Shown here piece by piece: positions 14,501 through 26,600 of a DNA stretch of 64,000 nucleotides. The stretch is from Antedon mediterranea (taxonomy: Eukaryota > Animalia > Echinodermata), in contig NC_092673.1 in assembly GCF_964355755.1 (NCBI RefSeq), positions 20,023,648 through 20,087,647 on the forward strand, in the 5' to 3' direction. The notes below the pieces were generated by a model. That model ran no database searches. It was not told the origin of the DNA and saw only the letters and a program-made list of their open reading frames with translations. The stretch's first letter is position 1; the number at the start of each line of letters is the position of its first letter. A program made the translations under genes and the position numbers.

Positions 14501-14845
14501 AGGCATATGGAAATCATGAGGTTTCTTAAAGTTGTTTAGACTTAGAATTGTTTTGTATACCTTTTCCTGGCCAGCATTCTCTTTGGGGTGCCTCTGTCTT
14601 GGTTGTTGTCTCTGAGCACCCGGTCGTCTGTGGCAAGGCAAATGTGTATCCTGCTCCTTTGTTTGGTCACCTAGGTAGGGGTCCGGGACCACGACAGAAT
14701 GACAACGGATGGGGACCCTCCAAAGAAATTGCATTTTATTTGCCAGGAATTTGTATGATTTATTTCTTTTTTATTTTTAAATGCGCCTTGAGCACTCTGG
14801 AGTGGTATGTGCGCTATAAAAATCTTATTATTATTATTATTATTA
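11535..14845 (+). mobile_element. L2-clade (CR1 group) LINE, 5'-truncated, with uninterrupted ORF2 and (TTA)n tail
   Basis: ORF2 motifs as in the next feature. L2-type 3' end GCGCCTTGAG...GCGCTATAAAAAT followed by (TTA)n at 14825-14845. It interrupts a Helitron head at GAATTGTA|GTGTT; the intact version GAATTGTAGTGTT is at 14889-14901. Confidence 0.92.
11587..14529 (+). CDS. LINE ORF2: AP endonuclease + reverse transcriptase (980 aa open frame)
   Basis: APE motifs LNARS, SETW, GDFNIH, SDH. RT motifs YRPISNL, LDLSAAFD, VPQGSVLGP, YADD. L2-type C-terminus TSRLD..LQLIQNTAAR..LHWLPV. The listed start is GTG; the frame is open from 11536 and has no ATG before the endonuclease. Confidence 0.95.
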   Translation: MEQVSGNGETSTKSTEKHRSIEKAHLNFGVLNARSLRNKCDEFVDLVVSYNLDVVAVSETWLRPDDDLVIGDLTPLGYRFVHVPRVDKTGGGVGILSKSSLVVNLKTDVHTYASFEAIHVHITSNSKSLRLVNIYRPPTLSVTEFLNDFEKMLFDFILFSSEIVFCGDFNIHMDNKKKNVAADRFKTLLRSFGLQQHINEPTHCSGHCLDLIITRDDLLLSDVKIHPGLSDHFAIFCKFDLKWPTTHKTVRKSRNLKQIDIDKFTNDIKACVSNKTDVSVILEDSVESYSDLRAVLDLHAPVQNKTIRQKEAKPWYTDEIRSERKVRRQLERKWMKSKLPKDRQEYCVQRCVVNGLIEKAKTRYYSSLVSDCTGDQKKLFNIVNKLLHHSKSSVLPSSVSDEALAERFSVFFVNKIKSIRDSLENENTGEVITASDKCNISYGLTRSIRFSQFEPASDEEILKIVKNSPSKSCALDPVPTSLIKKCTSAFIPLITHIVNKSLESGSFPESLKVTHVRPTLKKTGLDPEILKNYRPISNLSFLGKIIEKVVSKRILSHVQKHGLLDPYQSAYKAHHSTETALLRVNNDILRGMDDGKLTALVLLDLSAAFDTVDHSVLLNRLSTYIGIEGNALDWCRSYLEKRPQHVCIGDAISKASFLNFSVPQGSVLGPQWFTIYLHPIRDIISKYDLCYHVYADDTQIYISFKPTMKHSDISLELLQHCIYELRVWLKNNFLKLNDEKTEFVLFGSKQQLEKLPPSFIHIGETQIDPARQVRNLGVEMDVGMTMISHISKTISASSFHLRNIRKIRKFINETAAKQLVHAFVTSRLDMGNSLLYGLPQKQLHRLQLIQNTAARVVKKLPRYGHISNTLEILHWLPVRYRIVFKILLFVFKSINGMAPEYISDMLRLYVPGRNLRSSDSLLLHQPKSHHSWGDRAFSVTAPRLWNALPSSIRFCKTVDTFKKLLKTHLFIKAYGNHEVS

Positions 14846-14855
14846 GTGTTACTTT

Positions 14856-16137
14856 TTGGTTATCCGCCTCAAGGCGGATAAGCTCTTAGAATTGTAGTGT
14901 TTCTTTTTTTTATTATTCTTCCATATTTCCGCCACTTTTTGTGTTCAACTTTTCTCTGCAACGTGTTAACATAACATGTTGTAACTTTGTAAACATTTCG
15001 ACATTTAACTGAAGTTGTGCAGCGAAGCTTTTGGACGCTGTCAGATCCGCGTAGCGTAAGTTACGCGCGAATTTCTGAAAATCTTAAGTTGATCATAACT
15101 TCGAAACAAATATATATTTTTTAACGTAATTTCCAGCCACGTTTGCTTCACATCAATTTCTAACTTTTTCATCGTTACCGACATTTGTAACATTGGAAAG
15201 TGCGCGCGTAAACGGCTTTTGAAATTTTAAAATGCTCCAAATCAATTTCTGATTAAATTAGAGCACGATTCAGGTCATTTTAAGGGTTTGAAAAATTGCC
15301 ACCAGGTGCGCACATTTGAGCATTTCTTTTGCACGAGTTGTGTTTTTCAATCTTCGGTTAACAATTTTACGTTATTTTAATCACTATTCAACTTGAAATG
15401 ACGTTCTACGAGCACGTTAAACATGACTGGTTGCGCACGTAAAATGTTGAAAAAATTTGAAAATGTTGCAAAATATGTATACTTTTAAAAATGATACAGT
15501 TCATCAGAATGCAAGGTTACCCCCATTTTTTATTTTATTTTCTTGCAGTGTACGAATCATAGGTCTGATTTATTATAGTGTCGAATGTTAAAAGGTGTTT
15601 GGTGGCTACATTATTTGCATATTAAATATAATTTTTGAAATTTTTATCATCAAACAAACATAAACATTTTCAAAGAGCAAAATAATAAACATAACGTTTA
15701 TCTTTTTTCTTCACATGGTAATATATAAAACTTAAAAGTATGCACTTTCATAATATGTCACTGTTTAAAATTTGTGAAGATTTCTTCATAGCAAAAATTA
15801 TGATTTAGTTTGATAAGTAATAATCTATTTGCATCGAGTGGTTCACGACATACCGAATGGACGAGTAAACTTTCGTCGGATTTTCTTCAGCAGGTGCTCA
15901 TATGGCTCGATGTGTAGTGCCACCGACTTTGGTATCAGAGGTACCGGGATCGAGTCCCGTCACGGGAAAACAATTTAATAAAAGGATTTATTTGGTTGTT
16001 ACACTGAAAAGGCAGTTTTAATTTCGAATTGGCTACTTTTTGGAAAAGCCATAACTGAAAAGTACTTGAATGCGCAAGATACGTTTTGTGGCGGGCGGAT
16101 AACCAAACTCGTCCTCAAGTGACGAGTTCAGATCTAG
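14856..16137 (+). mobile_element. Helitron2-type element, 'C' subfamily, nested in a sister C element (head 11495, body 16138-17388)
   Basis: Two C heads (loop CTCAA[G]) are followed by two C bodies ending GCGGGCGGATAACCAAACTCGTCCTCAAGTGACGAGTT..GATCTAG. Confidence 0.8.
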
Positions 16138-17143
16138 TTTTTTATTATTCTTCTCTATTTCCGCCGATTTTTGTGTTCAGCTTTTCTCTGCAACCTGGTA
16201 TCATAACATTTTGTAACTTGGTAAACATTTAGACATTTAGCTGAAGATGTGCAGCCAAGCTTTTGGACGCTGTCAGAGCCGCGTAGCGTAAGTTACGCGC
16301 GATTTTCAGAAAATCCTAAGTTGATCATAACTTCAAAACAGATGAATATTTTTTAACGTCATTTTCAGCCACGTTTGCTTCACATCAATTGCTAACTTTT
16401 TTATCGCTACCGACATTTGTAACATTGAAAAGTGCGCGAGTAAACGGCGTTTGAAATTTTAAAATGCTCCAAATCAATTTCTGATTAAATTAGAGCACGA
16501 TTCAGTTCATTTTAAGCGTTTGAAAAATTGCCACCAGGTGCGCACATTTTTACGCGCGCACGGTGCAGGAAACACGTATGAGCATTTCTTTTGCACGATT
16601 TGTGTTTTTCAATCTTCGGTTAACAATTTCACGTTATTTTATTCACTTTTCAACTTCAAATGGCGTTCTACGAGCACGTTAAACATGACTGGTTGAGCAC
16701 GTAAAATGTTAAAAAATTGTCAAAATGTTGAAAAATATGTATACTTTTAAAAATGATACAGTTCATCAGAATGCAAGGTTACCCCTATTTTTTATTTTAT
16801 TTTCTTGCAGTGTATGAATCATAGGTCTGATTTATTATAGTGTTGAATGTTAAAACGTGTTTGATGGCTACATTATTTGCATATTAAATATATATCATCA
16901 AACAAACATAAACTTATTCAAAGAGCAAAACAATAAACATAACATTTATCTTTTTTCTTTACATGTTAATATATAAAACTTGAAAGTATGTACTTTCATA
17001 AAATATCAGCGTTTAAAATTTTTGAAGATTTCATCATAGTAAAATTTATGATTTAAGTTTGATATGTAATAATCAACTTGCATCGAGGGGGTTCACGACA
17101 TACCGAATGAACGAGGACTCTTTCTTCGGATTTTCGTCAGCAG

Positions 17144-17216
17144 GTGGTCATATGGCTCGATGTGTAATGCAACCGACTTTGGTATCAGAGGTACCGGGTT
17201 CGAATCCCATCACGGG
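17144..17216 (+). other. tRNA-derived (SINE-head-like) segment inside C-subfamily elements; copies at ~15893-15966 and ~37879-37951
   Basis: A-box-like TGGCTCGATGTG, anticodon-loop-like CTTTGGTA, then AGAGGTACCGGGTTCGAATCCC (T-arm/B box). The acceptor stem is not intact, so it is not a tRNA gene. Confidence 0.6.
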
Positions 17217-19016
17217 AAAACAATTAAATAAAAGGATTTGTTTGGTTATTACACTGAAAAGGCAGTTTTAATTTCGAATAGGCTACTTTTTGGAAAAGTC
17301 ACAACTGAAAAGTACTTGAATACGCAAGATACGTTTTGTTGCGGGCGGATAACCAAACTCGTCCTCAAGTGACGAGTTTAAGATCTAGTTTTTTAGTTAT
17401 CCGCTTAGTAGCGGATAACTCCTTGTAATCGTCCTGGATCTTTTTTTTTTTTTTCTTTATTAGTTATCCGCTTAGTAGCGGATAACTCCTTGTAACTGTA
17501 TGAAATCATCTTTTTTTTTTTTTTTTTCTGTATTATTAGTTATCCGCTTAGTAGCGGATAACTCCTTGTAATCGTCCTGGATCTTTTTTTTTTTTTTCTT
17601 TATATTATTCTTCTTTCTTTCTCCTCCATTTTTGTGTCTCGCGTATCTCAAAAACTTGTACACATAACATTTCATAACTTTGTCATCATATGGACATTTA
17701 CGTGAAGTTGTGCACCTCCTATTTTTTAATGACGTCAGAGTTGCGCAACGTGACTTACGCGCGATTTTATGAATTTCATTGATTGATCATAGGATAAAAA
17801 ATAAAAGTCATTTTGTATTGACACTTGGTGAATATTTAAGTCATATCAAGGGCAAACTTTCTATGGATTAAAAATGGCATGTTTTACAAGAAGTTACGTG
17901 CACACGCGCATTTCTCCTCCATTTTTGTGTCTCGCGTATCTCAAAAACGTGTAAATATAACATTTCATAACTTTGTCAACATATGGGCATTCACGTGAAG
18001 TTGTGCACCTCCTATTGTGAATGACCTCAGAAATGCGCAACGTGACTTACGCGCGATTTTATGAATTTCGCGTATTTAACATAGATTGAAAACCATATAA
18101 CAATTTAAATTGAAACTTAGCAAAAGTTTTAATTTATATCTTGCGCTAACTTTTTGTGCACTAAAAATGGCATGTTTTACACGAAGTTACGCGCGCACGC
18201 GCATTTAAAATTTAAAATGCGCAAAATTAATTTCTAATCAACTTTCTACGCTGATCATGACATTTTGAGCATGTCAAAAATTCCCACGCGCGCGAACAAT
18301 CTTACGCGCGTGGTCCGCATGTAGCGCTAAAAACATCTTTTTTGCGTGAATTATGTTTTTTCAGCCTTTTATAGTAATTTTATCAACTTTTAAAACAATT
18401 TAGACTTAAAATTACGTCATACGAGCACGTCGAATTGTACAATTTGTGCGTGTTTTTAATGAAAAAATTAAAAAATTCGTCAAAATTATGCCTTTTTTTA
18501 AACAATCATAGATTCTAAACTACGAGGTAAACTTTTTTTTACTTACATATTCTGGAAGGTGATGAGTTGTAGATATCGGATCATTAATCAATATGGTTAA
18601 CCGGACATTGTGACGTCATCGTATGGCCACACGAATGTAAAATATATGATTTTTGTCTCTTTCGTTATTGCTCCTCACATTAAATGGAGCGCATCACCAA
18701 TATCTGTATTCCTTTTTCTCCGAGATTTTAATATTGTCTAGGTCAATCAACTATCTTAAGCATGTGTTAAAAATATTTAATTTTTATGACATCATCATGC
18801 CTAAAAATTTAAATTAGGTGTATACAGATTATACTGTGTACTTTAAAATGTATATACTATGACACAAAATAGACAGAATTTAGTACTAACAACATATCAT
18901 ATTCTTCAGTTCAGGTCATAATGCCATAATCTTTTTCTGTGTGCAACATTCCAACGTATGACGTGCACGTGGCGTTTGTCGAGCGGATAACTAACTCGTC
19001 AAAGTGACGAGTTTCA

Positions 19017-20628
19017 TTAGTTATCCGCTTAGTAGCGGATAACTCCTTGTAACTGTATGAAATCATCTTTTTTTTTTTTTTTTTTTTCTGTATTATTCTT
19101 TCTTTCTGTCAATTTTGTGTCTCGCGTATCTCAAAAACTTGTAAACAAAACATTTTATAAGTTTGTCAACATGTGGGCATTCACGTGAAATTGTGCACCT
19201 CCTATTGTGAATGACGTCAGAATTGCGCAACGTGATTTACGCGCGTTTTAACGAATTTCGCGTATATAACATAGATCGAAAACCATATAGCAATTTAAAT
19301 TGAAACTTAACAAAAGTTTAAATTATATCTTGCGCTAACTGACTGTGGAAAAAAAATGGCATGTTTCACAAGAAGTTACGCGCGCACGGGCGTATAAAAT
19401 TTCAAAATGCGAAAAATCAATTTCTAATCAACTTTCTACGCGTTTCATGTCATTTTGAGCATGTCAAAAATTCCCACGCGCGCGCATATTTTTACTCGCA
19501 CGGTGCGCACGTAGCGTTGAAAATAAATTTTTTTCGCGTGATTCATGTTTTTCCAGCCTTTTCTGGTAATTTTACCAACTTTTGAACAATTTTGACCTAA
19601 AATTACGTCATACGGGCACATCCAATTGGATAATTTACGTGCGTTTTTGATGAAAAAGTTCAAAAATTTGTCAAAATTCGTCAAAATTATGCCTTTTTTT
19701 AAACATTCATAGATTCTAAACTACGAGGTGAACTTTTTTAAAATTATATATTCTGGAAGTTGATGAGTTGTAGATATGGAATCATGCATTAATATGGCTA
19801 ATCGGACATTATAACGTCATCGTATGGCCACGCGAATATAAAATATAGGATTTTTATATCTTTCGTCATAGCGCATCACATTTAGTAGAGCGCATCTCCA
19901 CTTATCCGTTTTTTATTTTCACCCCGATTTTGATATTGTCTAGGTGAATGAACTATCTTTCGCATGAGTTAAAAATATTTTAATTTTTATGACGTCATCA
20001 TGTCGAAAATTGTAAATAACGTGGGTAACTTATTTTCATCTTTACAGTAAATTTCAATCTGTTATAGCTCATCAGAATAAAAAGTGATAATCATGATTAA
20101 AACGTTTTCTGGAAGCTATGGGATTTTAGATACGAATTCATGTAAACATTTTGCCAATCGGATGTTGTGACGTCATCATATGGCCAGTTGAATAAAAAAA
20201 GTTGTATTTTCATATTTTGCGTAATAGTTCATCACATTTAAAAGGGTGCGCATCTATATTTTACGTATTCAAATTTCTTCTACACGATAATATGTTGTTC
20301 CTAAGATAATTTCCTTCTGAAATTGCTATCTTAAGTGTTTCATTTTGATACCGTCGCCATGTTAAAAATTGGAATAAATGGCGGGTCCCGTAATTTCACC
20401 TATTCTACACTGTATGTAATATGTATACAGATTATACTGTAGTGTTTGCATGTATACTATATGACACAAAATTGACAGAATTCAGCACTAACAGCATATC
20501 ATATTCTTCAGTTCTTGTCATAATGCCATAATCTTTATCTGTGTGCAATATTCCAACGTATGACGTGCACGTGGCGTTTGTCGTGGTGCGGATAACTAAC
20601 TCGTCAAAGTGACGAGTTTCATGTCTAG
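19017..20628 (+). mobile_element. Complete Helitron2-type element ('D' subfamily) inserted into the 3' terminus of another element
   Basis: Host terminus GACGAGTTTCA|TGTCTAG is split between 19016 and 20629-20635. The insert runs TTAGTTATCCGC...TCTAG, with no TSD. Confidence 0.92.
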
Positions 20629-23600
20629 TGTCTAGTTCTTTCTTTCTGTCAATTTTGTGTCTCGCGTATCTCAAAAACTTGTAAACAAAACATTTTATAA
20701 CTTTGTCAACATGTGGGCATTCACGTGAAATTGTGCACCTCCTATTGTGAATGACGTCAGAATTGCGCAACGTGATTTACGCGCGTTTTAACGAATTTCG
20801 CGTATTTAACATAGATCGAAAACCATATAGCAATTTAAATTGAAACTTAACAAAAGTTTAATTTATATCTTGCGCTAACTGACTGTGGAAAAAAAATGGC
20901 ATGTTTCACAAGAAGTTACGCGCGCACGGGCGTTTAAAATTTCAAAATGCGAAAAATCAATTTCTAATCAACTTTCTACGCGTTTCATGTCATTTTGAGC
21001 ATGTCAAAAATTCCCACGCGCGCGCATATTTTTACTCGCACGGTGCGCACGTAGCGTTGAAAATCAATTTTTTTCGCGTGATTCATGTTTTTCCAGCCTT
21101 TTCTGGTAATTTTACCAACTTTTGAACAATTTTGACATAAAATTACATCATACGGGCACATCCAATTGGATAATTTACGTGCGTTTTTGATGAAAAAGTT
21201 CAAAAATTTGTCAAAATTCGTCAAAATTATGCCTTTTTTTAAACATTCATAGATTCTAAACTACGAGGTGAACTTTTTTTAAATTATATATTCTGGAAGT
21301 TGATGAGTTGTAGATATGGAATCATGCATTAATATGGCTAATCGGACATTATAACGTCATCGTATGGCCACGCGAATATAAAATATAGGATTTTTATATC
21401 TTTCGTCATAGCGCATCACATTTAATAGAGCGCATCTCCACTTATCCGTTTTTTATTTTCACCCCGATTTTGATATTGTCTAGGTGAATGAACTATCTTT
21501 CGCATGAGTTAAAAATATTTTAATTTTTATGACGTCATCATGTCGAAAATTGTAAATAACGTGGGTCACTTATTTTCATCTTTACAGTAAATTTCAATCT
21601 GTTATAGCTCATCAGAATAAAAAGTGATAATCATGATTAAAACGTTTTCTGGAAGCTATGGGATTGTAGATACGAATTCATGTAAACATTTTGCCAATCG
21701 GATGTTGTAACGTCATCATATGGCCAGTTGAATAAAAAAAGTTGTATTTTCATATTTTGCGTAATAGTTCATCACATTTAAAAGGGTGCGCATCTATATT
21801 TTACGTATTCAAATTTCTTCTACACGTTAATATGTTGTTCCTAAGATAATTTCCTTCTGAAATTGCTATCTAAGTGTTTCATTTTGATACCGTCGCCATG
21901 TTAAAAATTGGAATAAATGGCGGGTCCCGTAATTTCACCTTTTCTACACTTTATGTAATATGTATGCAGATTATACTGTAGTGTTTGCATGTATACTATA
22001 TGACACAAAATTGACAGAATTCAGCACTAACAGCATATCATATTCTTCAGTTCTTGTCATAATGCCATAATCTTTATCTGTGTGCAATATTCCAACGTAT
22101 GACGTGCACGTGGCGTTTGTCGTGGTGCGGATAACTAACTCGTCAAAGTGACGAGTTTCATGTCTAGTATTATTCTTCTTTCTTTCTCCTCCATTTTTGT
22201 GTCTCGCAAATCTCAAAAACTTGTACACATAACATTTCATAACTTTGTCATCATATGGACATTTACGTGAAGTTGTGCACCTCCTATTTTTTAATGACGT
22301 CAGAGTTGCGCAACGTGACTTACGCACGATTTTATGAATTTCATTGACTAATCATAGGATAAAAAATAAAAGTCATTTTGTATAGACACTTGGTGAATAT
22401 TTAAGTCATATCAAGGGCAAACTTTCTATGGATTAAAAATGGCATGTTTTACAAGAAGTTACGTGCACACGCGCATTTCTCCTCCATTTTTGTGTCTCGC
22501 GTATCTCAAAAACGTGTAAATATAACATTTCATAACTTTGTCAACATATGGGCATTCACGTGAAGTTGTGCACCTCCTATTGTGAATGACCTCAGAAATG
22601 CGCAACGTGACTTACGCGCGATTTTATGAATTTCGTGTATTTAACATAGATTGAAAACCATATAACAATTTAAATTGAAACTTAGCAAAAGTTTAATTTA
22701 TATCTTGCGCTAACTTTTTGTGCACTAAAAATGGCATGTTTTACACGAAGTTACGCGCGCACGCGCATTTAAAATTTAAAATGCGCAAAATTAATTTCTA
22801 ATCAACTTTTTACGCTGATCATGACATTTTGAGCATGTCAAAAATTCCCACGCGCGCGAACAATCTTACGCTCGTGGTCCGCACGTAGCGCTAAAAACAT
22901 CTTTTTTGCGTGAATTATGTTTTTTCAGCCTTTTATAGTAATTTTATCAACTTTTAAAACAATTTATACTTAAAATTACGTCATACGAGCATGTCGAATT
23001 GTACAATTTGTGCGTGTTTTTAATGAAAAAATTCAAAAATTCGTCAAAATTATGCCTTTTTTAAAACAATCATAGATTCTAAACTACGAGGTAAACTTTT
23101 TTTTACTTACATATTCTGGAAGGTGATGAGTTGTAGAAATCGGATCATTAATCAATATGGTTAACCGGACATTGTGACGTCATCGTATGGCCACACGAAT
23201 GTAAAATATATGATTTTTGTCTCTTTCGTTATTGCTCCTCACATTAAATGGAGCGCATCACCGTTATCTGTATTCCTTTTTCTCCGAGATTTTAATAATG
23301 TCTAGGTCAATCAACTATCTTATGCATGTGTTAAAAATATTTAATTTTTATGACATCATCAGGCCTAAAAATTTAAATTAGGTGTATACAGATTATACTG
23401 TGTACTTTAAAATGTATATACTATATGACACAAAATAGACAGAATTTAGCACTAACAACATATCATATTCTTCAGTTCAGGTCATAATGCCATAATCTTT
23501 ATCTGTGTGCAACATTCCAACGTATAACGTGCACGTGGCGTTTGTCGAGCGGATAACTAACTCGTCAAAGTGACGAGTTTCATGTCTAGTACTTCTTTCT

Positions 23601-26600
23601 TTCTGTCATTTTTGTGCGTCGCGTTTCTCTAAAACGTGTAAACAGAACATATCGTAACTTTGTCAACATATCGACATTTACGTGAACTTGTGCACCTCCT
23701 ATTTTTGAATGACGTCAGAGTTGCGCAACGTGACTTACGTGCGATTTTATGAATTTCAATGATTGATCATAGACTAAAAACCAAACATAATTTTGTTTTG
23801 AAAGTTTGTGAACATTTAAGTCATATCAAGCGCAAACTTTCTATGGATTAAAAATAGCATGTTTCACAAAAAGTTACGCACGCACGCGCGTTTAAAATTT
23901 TAACGTGCGAATTATCAACTTCTAATCAACTTTCTATGCGTTTCATGTCATTTTGAGCATGTCAAAAATTCCCACGCGCGCGAACATTTTTACGCACGCG
24001 GTGCACACGTAGCGTTCAAAACATATTTTTTTCGCGTGATTTATGTTTTTTCAGCCTTTTCTAGTAATGTTACCAAATTTTAAACAATTTCGACTTAAAA
24101 TTACGTCATACGAGCACGTCGAATTAGATAATTTGCACGCGTATTTGGTGAAAAAGTTCAAAAATTCGTCAAAATTATGCCTATTTTTAAACAGTCATAG
24201 ATTCTAAACTACATGGAGAACTTTTTTTTAATTACATATTCTGGAAGTTGATGAGTTGTAGATATCGGATCATGCATTAATATGGCTAACCGGACTTTGT
24301 GACGTCATCGTATGGCCACGCGAATATAAAATATTGGATTTTTGTCTATTTCGTCATAGCTCATCACATTTAATAGAGCGCATCTCCACTTATTCGTTGT
24401 CCATTTTCATTCCGATTTTAATATATTCTAGATCTATCAACTATCTTTTGCATGAATTAAAAATTTTTTAATTTTTTTAACGTCATCATGCCTAAAAATT
24501 TAAATTACGTTGGTCATTAATTTCATCTTTACAGTAAATTTTAATCTGTTATGCCTCGTAAGAATAAAATGTGATAATCACAATTAAAACGTTTTCAGGA
24601 AGCTATTGTATTGTAGATACAAAATCATGTGTAAATTGTGCCAATCGAATGTTGTGACGTCATCATATGGCCAGTTAAATAAAAAAAGTCGTATTTTTAT
24701 CTTTTGCATTATATTTCATTACATTTAAAAGAGCGCGCATCAATATTTCACGTATTCAAATTTCTTCTACACGTTAATACGTTGTTGCTGAGATAATTTC
24801 ATTCAGAAATTTCTACTTTTACATTTCATTTTGAAACCGTCAAGATGTTAAAAATTACAATAAAATACGGGTCCCGTAATTTCACCTATTTTACACTGTT
24901 TGTGATATGTATACAGATTGTACTGTGTATACTATATGACACAAAATAACAGAATTCAGAAATAACAACATATCATATTCTTCAGTTCAGGTCATAATGC
25001 CTTAATATTTTTCTGTGTGCAATATTCTAACGTATGACGTGCACGTGGCGTTTGTCGAGCGGATAACTAACTCGTCAAAGTGACGAGTTTCATGTCTAGT
25101 TCTTATTTCTTTCTCCCCCATTTTTGTGTCTCACGTATCTCAAAAACTTGTAAACATAACATTTCATAACTTTGTCAACATATGGGCATATACGTGAAGT
25201 TGTGCACCTCCTATTTTTGAATGACGTCAGAGTTGCGCAACGTGACTTACGCGCGATTTTATGATTTGTTATGATTGACCATAGATTAAAAACCAAGCGT
25301 AATTTTGTTTTGACACTTTGTGAAAATTTAAGTCATATCAAATGCAAATATTCTATGGATTAAAAATGGCATTTTTTACAAGAAGTTACGCGCGCACGCG
25401 CATTTAAAATTTCAAAATGCGCAAAATTAATTTCTAATCAACTTTCTACGCTGATCATGACATTTTGAGCATGTCAAAAATTCCCACGCGCGCGAAAAAA
25501 TTTACGCGTAAGGGGCGCATGGAGTATGAAAACCATGTTTTTTTTCTTGAATTTTGAGTGTCCAGCCTTTCGTAGTCATTTTAAACAAGATTGACATCAT
25601 TTCAAGTTAAAATGACGTCATACGTACACGTTGATTTAGACCATTTGCATGCGTTTTAGTTGCAAAAGTGACAAAATATTGTCAAAATTATGCCTATTTT
25701 GAATCTATTATAGCTCGTCAGGATCAAAGGTGACCCCAATTTGTTTTAACTTATTATGCAAGAAGATAAATTGTAGATATAAATTCATGCAGATTTTTTT
25801 CCTCTCCGAAGTTATGACGTCATCGTATGGCCACACGAATGTAAAATATAGGATTTTTGTCTCTTTCGTTATTGCTCATCACTTTCAATAGAGCGCATCT
25901 CGGTTATCCGTATTCCATTTCCTCCGATATTTAATATTATCTAGGTCAATCAATTATCTTTCCATGAGTAAAAAATATTTTAATTTTTATGACGTCATTA
26001 TGTCTAAAAATGTAAAGCATATTATCACGTATTTTCATCTTTACAGTAAGTTTCAATCTGTTATAGCTCGTCAGAATAATAAGTGATAATCATGATAAAA
26101 ACGTTTTCTGGAAGCTATTGGACTGTATATACGAATTCATATAAACAGTTTGCCAATCAGGTGTTGTGACGTCATCATATGGCCAGTTGAATAAAAAAAG
26201 ACGTATTTTCATATTTTGCGTAATAGTTCATCACATTTAAAAGGGTGCGCATCTATATTTTACGTATTCAAATTTCTTCTACACGTTAATATGTTGTTCC
26301 TGAGATTATTTCCTTCTGAAATTGTTATCTAAGTGTTTCATTTTGATACCGTCGCCATGTTAAAAATTGGAATAAATGGCGGGTCCCGTAATTTCACCTA
26401 TTCTACACTGTATGTAATATGTATACAGATTATACTGTTTGCATGTACCGTATATACTATATGACACAAAATTGACAGAATTCAGCACTAACAGCATATC
26501 ATATTCTTCAGTTCTTGTCATAATTCCATAATCTTTATCTGTGTGCAATATTCCAACTTATGACGTGCACGTGGCGTTTGTCGTGGTGCGGATAACTAAC

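Noticed and set aside
11733-14889. Antisense and 3'-UTR ORFs over the LINE
   Set aside because: Shadow frames of ORF2 or the UTR; the poly-Ile is just the (TTA)n tail.
17144-17216. Functional tRNA-Pro gene
   Set aside because: Acceptor and anticodon stems do not pair properly and it is embedded in a TE; kept only as tRNA-derived.
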